Assembly (NCBI RefSeq): GCF_963506605.1
Contig: NC_083288.1
Coordinates: 30,194,001-30,258,000 of the forward strand
Source of the DNA: Zootoca vivipara
Taxonomy: Eukaryota
Reading direction: 5' to 3'
Length of the DNA: 64,000 nucleotides
Below the pieces are notes generated by a model. It was not told the origin of the DNA and did no database searches. It worked only from the letters and a program-made list of their open reading frames with translations. Shown in pieces: positions 1 through 10,000 of the stretch. Numbering within the stretch: the first letter of the stretch is position 1; every line of letters begins with the position of its first letter. The translations under genes and the position numbers were made by a program.

Positions 1-1786
1 AAGCCAGGACATGCTGGTAGTTTTTTATCACTACGCTGCAATAAAAATATATACCACATTAAACCAATATTTTAGACCTCATAAATAACTGAATATCTGA
101 GATATCATGAACCCACAAGTCCACACTGTTTTTACAGAGACATCTGTTTTTCTACAGGACATATCTTTAAAAAAAATTAACATAGAGAGGCAGGCATTCT
201 GTTCCTTTTTCTGAAGCTCTGTCCGCATTAAGCAGCACAAAGTTTGTCCAACTTTTGAGAAGGCAGAATTTCCAGTTCTGCCTTCACCTCAAAAGAAATG
301 ATGTACATTCATATTTTAGAAACACAATTGATTGTTTTATTCGTTTTCTTTTAACATGTTTGCATATTGACTAAGACAATAAATAAATAATGAAACAAAT
401 ATATTAATGGTACTGTTATTATATCAACCCCTTTAATAATCTATGAAAGGATACCATTCTCTCTGAAAATTTAGCTTATGCTGTAAAAAATACTTTTGGA
501 CTGTTAATTTGTCAAAATCATTATGAGTTGTATGAAACTAGATGACTAACTCTAAATTAGAAATGTCTATTAATTCCATTGAATCTATTTGAGTAGGACT
601 AGCACTGGCCATCACCCTATATCTGGAACAAAATAAAGATATGTGCATGACAGCAGAGACAGACAAACTGATGATAAAATCAACTAGATATTGTGAACAC
701 CATGGAGAAATATATTCTGGCAGAGAAATTGTTGGTGTGTAGAGCTGATAAAAGGGGGTGTGTGGCAAATTGAGAAAGGAACTAACTATCCTCTAAAACA
801 TACATGAATGTGTGTGTGTGTGTATAGTATGTATTTATGTATGTATGTATGTATGTATGTATATTGCAAGGATCCAGGAAAAGCATATTTTCCTGATATC
901 AAAGAGACATTTCAAACATTATTTACTTTACCCATAGATATCTCACATGGGTAAAGAAAGCCAAAGAATAATGATATACTCAGAACTAAAGAATATGTTA
1001 AGGGTCTCATTTCCCAAGAAACCAGAGATGTTCTTATTGAGTATAGTAGAAGGAGAAATAACCAAGAAAGCACTTAGTCTTTTCTTCTATGCAATAGCAG
1101 CGGCCAGAATAATTTATGCCCAAAGGTGGAAGGACAAAAATAGTCCTGCAAAAATAGAGTGGTAGAATAAGCTAAGAGAATATGCAGAGCTAGCAAAGTT
1201 GACTGCAAGGAAAAGAAATCAGAATGAATCAGATATAAAAGAAGAGTGGGAATACTTTGACAAATATTTAAAGAAATAGAACAATCATATAAACTTCCAA
1301 GTGGGATTAGATATATAAACAGCAGTCAATATAAGCAGAAGAAGGGTGGTAAATAAAGAGATGCAGCTTAACAAGGACTAAATAAGACCCCACATAGTGA
1401 TGTGTGTAGAAGTCAGAGTGTAAGATAAACAATGGCAACTGTATAACTCATGTACTAAGATATGTAAAATGCATAAATAAAATATAAATAAATGAAGGAA
1501 TGGGATTATTATCGCCTGTCTATAAATGCTTTTATATGAAACAAGAAATTCCTTACAGGGGTTCTTCAAAAAGCATTTCATTGGGATGTTGATCAAAGTT
1601 CACAAAGTCAGAAAAGGGGAGAGACTGAGACACGATGCTGCCAATGATGAGGTCACCTGACTGAAAATACTCATGTGGAATACGGAGGGGATCATTCATT
1701 GTGCAAGTAAAGGGAAGTGCCTTGCAATCACTTAGGGGAAGAAGCACCAACCATACAACCAGTAGCCACAGCAACAAAATCAGCAT
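1..1786 (-). CDS. V2R gene A (vomeronasal type-2 receptor, class C GPCR), 5' part only: exon 1 1557-1786, exon 2 start 1-35; continues off the left edge
   Basis: Exon 1 encodes a signal peptide and DPLRIPHEYFQSGDLIIG. Phase-2 GT donor (CT|gtaagg). Acceptor ttgcag| before [11 protein letters not shown], matching exon 2 of the paralogs. Confidence 0.9.
940..1480 (+). mobile_element. L1-type LINE 3' fragment (ORF2 C-terminus)
   Basis: Peptide KKPEMFLL..FYAIAAARIIYAQRWK..EW, homologous to four other copies in the window. Boundaries approximate. Confidence 0.7.
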
Positions 1787-1965
1787 TGCACCACTCAGGG
1801 TGAAGCAAAATCCACTGCTCCGATCTAATTCATTACTGCACAATCAATTTACTGAGTATTCTGGTTCTGCTAGCCCAAAGTGATAGTTTATGGCCCATAA
1901 AAAAAACAACCCAGCAGCCTAGTTTGTCCAGCCTGTCACTTCACAGTCTGAAAAAGCCAGACATG

Positions 1966-2220
1966 TTTTATATCTGCTTTCATCATGATTGCTTATTGTG
2001 AGAGTGGTCACTAAAAAAATCCATGCCATCCTTGGCTAGAAGGCAAATCACCATAATTTTTCATAATTGCAGAGCTCACTAGTAGATTCCCCAAAGCATT
2101 CTGTTCACAAGGGACAGAGCAGGTGAAGAAAGGGTATCTGTAGGTGTCATCACACATCTTTTGGTTTATTAATTGAGGAGCAACACCTGGGCTTACTGTG
2201 ATACTGAGCAAGAAAATGCA
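1966..2220 (-). promoter_or_regulatory. Putative V2R-A promoter module
   Basis: TATAAAA at 1966-1972 (minus), TAAT-rich block and E-box-like CAGGTG/CACCTG, conserved in order upstream of the other V2Rs. Confidence 0.55.
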
Positions 2221-3383
2221 ACCAAAAGAATTAGGTCTGTGGCGTAAACCATAGAGCAGGGATGAGGAATGCTCTGGAAGTTGTTGGACTGCAGCCACTT
2301 CTGCCCCGATCAGTATGGCCAATGCGGCCAATGGTGAGGGAAGACAGGTGCTGTAGTTCATTAATATCTGAAGGGCCACAGGTTTTCTGTTATTGCCCTA
2401 GAGAAAGTGGAAAAACCTGGGATACAAATGGCAGTATGAATGATGCCTTTTCTCTGTTCCCCTGCATAGGCTTACAATTGTGCCGTCTTCTGGCTGCTTG
2501 CAATATATATTAAGAAACTTCCTCTGTCATTTTGATATTACATGAGGTTATTTTTATGAGGATTTAATGAATCACATTTTATATTCAAAGGATTATATAA
2601 TCATTCTCTGTAAGCATGTGATGGTTCCATGTATGTGGAAACATACCTGTGTGGCCTGCACTGCAAACATCCTTGCACCATTTATATTCACCACTATCCC
2701 TGAATGATTGTTAACTGTGGAAAAATTCAAGTTCAAGCAATTTTTAGTTTGTATTCCACACTGTTCTAATGATTATGTTCGCCTTGTTGGCATCCCATGT
2801 TTCAAGGAGTTACTGGTAACGGTATAGATCTCATAAGTGCCAACTCCCTGGGGTGACCAAGTACCCACAAAATTCTCCATGAAGGGGCGGGGCACCACAA
2901 ATTTCAGTGCCCGGGCCATGCATGTTGCATGGCACTCATGTCCCCAGACACCCAGAATCGCGGGGCCAAACTGGCACTCTTGGCGTCCATACAATGCAGG
3001 CAGTTCTATCTACGGTAACAGCAACTCTCCAAGACTTCTAGGGAAGGTCTTTTTTTTTTAACCCTAGGCTTTGGGATCTTTTTTCACTAAACATGAGCTT
3101 TAACCTCTGTGAATTATTTGATGTACTGCAGTTCCTTTACAAATATCATAATCCTCTCTGCCAATACCAATCATTCAGGCATTGTAAATCTGCTCATATC
3201 CTCTTCCCTCACAGATGATGGTGATGGGTGGTGGAAAGTTTTCTTTCCATTTTCCATCAACTGGGAGACTTGGGTGCTTTTCTCATGAGTGTAACTTTGA
3301 CACATAATAACCAATTTAAATGGCATTTGTGGAAACCTAAATGTAAAGCGAAAGTAATCCCAAATAAAACCATAAATGGTTAT

Positions 3384-3764
3384 TGTAAGGGTGATTCCCT
3401 ACATGGAGCCAGCCCCCATCATCCTCATCAAGTACAGAGAGCACCAGAGGGATGCAGGCAGACGCTTAGGGATGCTGCAGAGCCAGGGCACCGCTGAGGG
3501 AGGAAGTTGAAAGGGCATCACTCCTTCCGGCGCCAGAAGTAAGGAGAGCACCACAACGCAGGTTAAGGGGGCGGCGTTTCGGGGTGCCCAGACTACATTG
3601 CTGGCGTACAAACAGATGTACACCATTGCCGGATTCTGATTTGGGATGAGAGGTCATGTTTTAAGCTGTCTCTACGCTGTAAATAAATAGCACAATAAAC
3701 GTCTTTGAAGACAAACTGGACTCAGGCGGAGTTATTTTAGAGTAGCCACAATGACCCTCTGACA
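3384..3764 (+). mobile_element. Solo LTR (381 bp)
   Basis: Begins TG, ends CA, perfect 5-bp TSD GTTAT (3379-3383 and 3765-3769), internal AATAAA. Confidence 0.75.
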
Positions 3765-4079
3765 GTTATGTTTATTCACACTCACAAAAAAACCCATCAG
3801 ATGTTTGCTTCATTCTACCTGCCATTTCAAATGTTAAGCAGTTTTTTTTGAGAAAATCGGGTTTTTAAAAAATAAATAAATAAAATGACTGCAAAAGGTA
3901 CATTGAGGGAATATTGCATATATCTCTGGAGTTCCGTTATGTGTCCAATGGACCCCTGCTCAAGTCAGGTGGAGACAGCCCTGGATCATCAGGAGAAAAA
4001 CCAGCACAGAATTCCAAACCAGTAAAGAGGAACTCACATCAACATCTCAGAAGAAATATGTGACCCAAACTACTAACTT

Positions 4080-7000
4080 CTACTTATTTCTCTTTGCTAG
4101 GTACTTCTTGTTGTTCAGCTCAGGCCTCAGTAAAATTATATAGCATTTAGGAGCAAAGATACAGCCCAATAAACCAGCACTAGAGGCTAAGATGGAGAAG
4201 ATCTCCACAGCCACCATGTATTTTCCCTTTGTGCTCAGGTAAGTTGGCACAAAAGAGACCCACACACTGCAAAACACTAACATGCTAAAAGTGATGAACT
4301 TGGCTTCATTGAAAGTGCTGGGCAACTCCCTAGCAAGAAAAGCCACAACAAAGCTGACAAGAGCCAGAAATCCCAGGTACCCGAGAACAGAATAAAACAT
4401 AGGGACAGACCCTTCATTACATTCAGCCACAATTTCTTTAGCCAAAGTGTCCATGTCCAAATGTGGGAACGGAGGAGCAGTAAGGAGCCAAACAGTACAA
4501 AGAGCTCCTTGAATGAAGGAACAGGAGAAAACAATAGAAGCTGCCAGTCTTTTCCCCACCCAGTTCCTCATCCTGGATCCTGGTCGTGTGGCCATGAATG
4601 CCAAGATCACTGTGATGGTTTTTGCCAACACGGAAGAAACAGCCACAGTGAAAATCATGCCAAAAGCTGTTTGCCTTAGGAGGCAGGTTACCTTCTGAGG
4701 CCTTCCAAAGAACAGCAAGGAGCAGAGGAAGCAAAGCAAGAGGGCAATGAGCAGAGTAAACATGAGGCCACGATTGTTGGCTTTAACAAGGGGGGTCTCC
4801 TTGTATTTAATGAATATTTTAAGCACCAAAGCAGTGATCACAGAAAATGAAAATGCCATGAAAGCTAAAGTGATGCTGAAATTTTCATCATAAGACAGAA
4901 AGTGTAACATCTTGGGGAGACATCCATCTTGGTCTTCATTTGGATACTGGTCTTCTGGACATTTCATACAATTGCCCATTTCTAGGAAGGAAAAGCCATG
5001 TTGACACCTCAGTCAATGAATTTTCCACATAGACAACAGTCTGAACATAATCTTGCAAAACACACACTGGTTTACCAGTATTTCGAAGAGACTGTGAGAA
5101 AGACAACATGTGTGATGCTTCTTTTTGCATTCTGCACCCCTACATAAATAGGGGTTATGAAATAATCCAATATATTAGTTTTTTATATAATGTGTGGTGT
5201 TAGGCCTATAAAACGCCCATCTTTACATAGGGGTTTTAACATTGTGAGTTTGTCATTTAAATCAATGCGAAGCTAAATGAGCCATTGGAAATCAGAGGGA
5301 TATCATTTGACAATTTGGCAAATACTTGCCTTTTGGATTAGAAATCTTCTCTTCTGGACATGGTTCACAATCATAGCAGCAAAATGGTTCTCCCTCCTTC
5401 TTTTTTTTAACAGAACCTGGCTGGCACATGTTATTACACATGGAAAAAGGCAGCACCTATTTATAAATGAGAGGAAGTTGTAGGGGTTAGCAGCAGATTT
5501 GTACTACCTGAATTGCAGGGCAAAGAGGGTCATAGGGGGGGAAAGTACCCCTGGATTAAGTCCTATCAAAGGCAACTATGGGGTTGCGGCACTCAACTCG
5601 CTTTCAGGCCGAGGGACCTGGTGTTTGTCAACAGACAGCTTTCCAGGTCATGTGGCCAGCATGGCTAAACCACTTCTGGCAAAACGGAACACCATGACAG
5701 AAACCAGAGCACACAGAAATGCCATTTACCTTCCTGCCACAGTGGTACCTATTTATCTACTTGCACTGGCATGCTTTCAAACTACAGTGGGACCTCGACT
5801 TATGAATTTAATCCATTCTGAATGCACACTCGTAGGTCGAAAACTTCGTAAGTCAAGTTTCCCATAGGAAAAGCGGTTTCCCATAGGAATGCATTGGAAA
5901 CGGAAAAATTCGTAAGTCGAGGAAACCGCATTTAAAAATTCGTAAGTCGAGGAAACCGCATCTAGTTGTGAACAGGCTTTCCGTTCAGATGTTAAAAAAA
6001 TCGTAAGCGTGCAGCCACTTTTTCTGCTCGTAAGTCGAAAACATCAGATGTCGAGTACTTCGTAAGTCGAGGTCCCACTGTACTAGGTTGACAGGAGCTG
6101 GGACAGAGCAACGGGAATTCACCCTGTTGCGGGGATTCGAACCACCAACCTTCTGATCGGCAAGCCCAAGAGGCTCAGTAGTTTAGACCACAGTGCCACC
6201 CACTAAAAGGAAGTAAAAGGCTAGTACATATTAGGGGTTAGCAGCATATTGGGACTGTGTGAATTGCAAGACAAAGAGGGTCATTTGGACACAGTTCTCA
6301 CATGCCCAGATTGAAGGCGTATGCAGTTGGATTATAACTCCCGATTTCCTGCATCACTCTGAACTCAGGTGCTGAAAAAGTGTGCCATATTTAAAACAAT
6401 GCCTTCACAAATGCTTGAATTGGGAAAGACTAAATTTTATGCTATGAATGGAAATCTTAAACTACATTTTCAAATGTTTATTTCAAGAGAAAATGTGCTT
6501 AAATATATACATCAATATGTGTTCATGGAGCTTTACACTACTGCAGATTAATGTGTGAACTAGGCAGAATAAACAAACATTACGCTATGGCCGAGATATA
6601 GTTTCTCCCGCTGCACCCCTTCCCTGTGGGCATGTATAAATGTATAAATTAAGGATTCATTCTAGACTATTAATCAATGAGGTTTCATAACCTTAAATCA
6701 AAAGCCAGGTCCTACCTGGTTAAACACATTGTGCCATGTGATGATCTCCTCATTAACGGTGAACTCTCTGCTTGCCCATGGATCTATCCTCCCTACTTTT
6801 ACCCTCAGGAAGGATCTATTTGGGAAAGTAAGCCAGTTCATAATATCAAATCCACTTTCTAATTCACCTTTCTCATCCAAAGACACCTGGTCCCCAGCAC
6901 TGTTGTTAAAAGAGATTCTCCTCAAGAAAGGATGGAGCTATAATTGAAAGAGGTAAAAACAGCTTTTAAAAATTATAGAATGGGAAACAATATTTTTGTG

Positions 7001-10000
7001 TGTGTGTTTCTTCATCCAACTTTCTTTATTTTCCATCGAATATAAACTACAGTAGTAACTCGGGTTACAAACGCTTCAGGTTACAAACACTTTGGGTTAT
7101 AAATTCTGCTAACCTGGAAGTAGTACCTCCGGTTGAGAACTTTGCGCCAGGATGAGAAAGGAAATCACACACCGGCAGTGTGGCAGCAGCGGGAGGCCCC
7201 ATTATCGAAAGTGCACCTCAGGTTAAAAACGGTTTCGGGTTAAGAACAGACCTCCAGAACGAATTAAGTTCCTAACCTGAGGTACCACTGTACTGATATC
7301 ATCAAGAATGAATGAAGCTAAAATTGAAGAGGTAAAACCAGGTTAAAAAACATTTAGGGCAGGGATAACAATACAACTATTTTTACTCCATCCCTCCATT
7401 TGTTTTATTTATTACCGTATTGGCCTGAATATAAGCCACTCCTTTAAAATTCAAAGGGAAAAAAAGAAGGAAAAGACAATACCCGAATATAAGCCATTTC
7501 CTTAAAGTTCCACAGGCACTCACACCCGTTCTGTTTTTTACCCCATGTCTGCTTCAGCAGCGATATTGTAATAGCCAATTTTTGTAAGGTAGCAAATTTA
7601 AGCCGCACTTTAACTTTTCATGGTAAGAATTTGGAAAAAGAAGTGAGGCTTATATACAGGCCAATACGGGATTTTGAGCATGATGAATACTCATATCCCA
7701 CCTTTATATCTTTCAAGAGGCATAAGACAACTTAACCATATAAGCACATTTATGAAAATTGATAGTACATTCCAATGTGAAGATTCAGTTCAGACCCTGA
7801 CTCAGTGCTTTGCAATATAGCCTGGTTCAGCTTGAACTGATATGGAAGGTTCCCGATTTTACTCAGGAGAGAAGAGATGTCAGCTTCATTTTCCCTTCTT
7901 CCATATACTACTGGTGAATCAAAGAAACAGCTATAACTTCTTTCTTCTCTACAAAAATAGAAGAAGTTTTTTTATAGGAAGGGTAGTCCTTCCAGAGTTG
8001 CCAGAGCCACTACAAGCAAATAAGACCTAGGGTTTTCATGCTAGAAAACTCTAAAATGTTATTATTTGACCTAAAAGTAACTGACATGTATTTTGACATG
8101 TATTTTAATATGTAACTTTATTTTCCAATGAATAATTCAACTGCTCATTTTATTTAGATTTAGATTTTTTTTAAAGCCAACTTTTTTAAACCTCTATTTT
8201 ATATTTTATGCAAATGGTCTGTTAAAATATTTTTTATTCAAATTTTTTAAAGAGAAAAGAAAATTGCATACTTTACATAGCATAATAAACAAATAATAAT
8301 CTGAAAAGAGCGAAGAAAAAAACAAAACAATACAAAAACCCTACAATAAAAAAAGAAGAAAAAGGATTACATTTAAAATTCACTCCCAATCATTTATGTA
8401 TCGCTTCCATTTATATGGCCTCTTTAACTTGCTATTCTCTTTAAACAATTATATCTAAATTCATTCAATAACCTATATATACTTATCTCGCCTCTTGTAT
8501 AACTCAGTCTAGACATATCACTAAATTTGTTTTTATATTCTCTTTTCCCAAAAATTCTTCTACAAATTTCCACTCAGCCTTTATTTTTTGCTTCAGGATA
8601 TTTCTAATTGTTGTCGTTAACTTTGCCAAATTCATAAATTCTACCAATTTAACTTGCCATTCCTGGATTGTCGGGAGATTCTCCCCTTTCCACTTCTGTG
8701 CTACCAATATCCTAGCTGCCGCAGATGCATAAAGAAAAATATTTTCTCTGCCTTTCGGTATATTTTCGAGGGTCATACTTAGAAGAAAGGCCTCTGGTTT
8801 TTTCTCAAATGTAATCTTCAGCATTTTTTCCATTTTTCATAAATTTCATTCCAAAACTCAGCTAGTTTGATGCACTTCCACCAACAATGATAAAAAATCC
8901 CCACTTTTTCTTGGCATTTCCAACACTTATCCGTGTTGGCTTTATATATTTTTGCAATTTTTCCTGGCGTCAGATGCCATCTATACACCATTTTTAATAT
9001 ATTTTCTTTTATTCCTATACATGCTGCAAACCTTGTATTTACTCTCCATAACTTCTCCCATTGCGTAATGAGTATTGGCCTGCAAATGGTTTAGGGATTC
9101 CTTTTTACAATCAAGCAGTGATCAAATTCTATTCATTAAAAAAAAATCAGCTCCCGAGATGCAAATAATGGATTGCCAGCATCAAGTTGTATGTCTCCAT
9201 CAGATCCAACTGGCAGCATCTATACAGAAGGACATATTTATTTTTTTGTGAAAAAAGAAGGTTCACTGAGGCTTTGGAACCAGGAAACATTTCACTTTGT
9301 GCAGTGTTCTTAACTGCTTGGGATACAGTGGTACCTCTGATTAAGAACTTAATTCGTTCCGGAGGTCCATTCTTAACCTGAAACTGTTCTTAACCTGAAG
9401 CACCACTTTAGCTAATGGGGCCTCCTGTTGCCCCGCGCCACCGGAGCACGATTTCCATTCTCATCCTGAAGCAAAGTTCTTAACTTGAGGTACTATTTCT
9501 GGGTTAGCGGAGTTTGTAACCTGAAGCGTTTGTAAGCTGAGGTGTTTGTAACCCGAAGTACCACTGTAAAGTGGAATGCATGAATTCACTATAAAGATAT
9601 ACTGACAAAGAGAACTGTGAAGTTAAAGCTGGATCTACAGAGTTGTGGTGTCACACAATGCTCAAACTTCATAATGATGCACATCTTATTTTCATGCCTC
9701 TCAAGATGAGATGCTTTGATTAATGAGTTATTACCTGCCATGGTTGTGAGTTTCGAAGTTCTGCCACTGCTTTGTGCTTCAGATTCAATGCATACATTGC
9801 ATGTAAAGCATGAGCTAAGACATAGACAGCATTGTATATACTGTAGCTTTGGGGAGTCATGCTCATTTCAAAAACTGCTCCAGGAAGACTCTCCAGTTTT
9901 TCCCGCCCTGTGCAACCATCACTATTCTCCTCAGACGCATGGGAATCTGAAAGTAAGCACACAAAAGCTTGCTGCCAGAACTCCCTGATAAAACTGTCTC

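Noticed and set aside
4277-4734. Recurrent alternative-frame and antisense ORFs over exon 6 (also at 15738-16237 and 29039-29538)
   Set aside because: They recur only because the exons are near-identical paralogs. No independent coding signal.
6120-6203. tRNA-like A/B boxes
   Set aside because: Head of a Sauria SINE with no cloverleaf.
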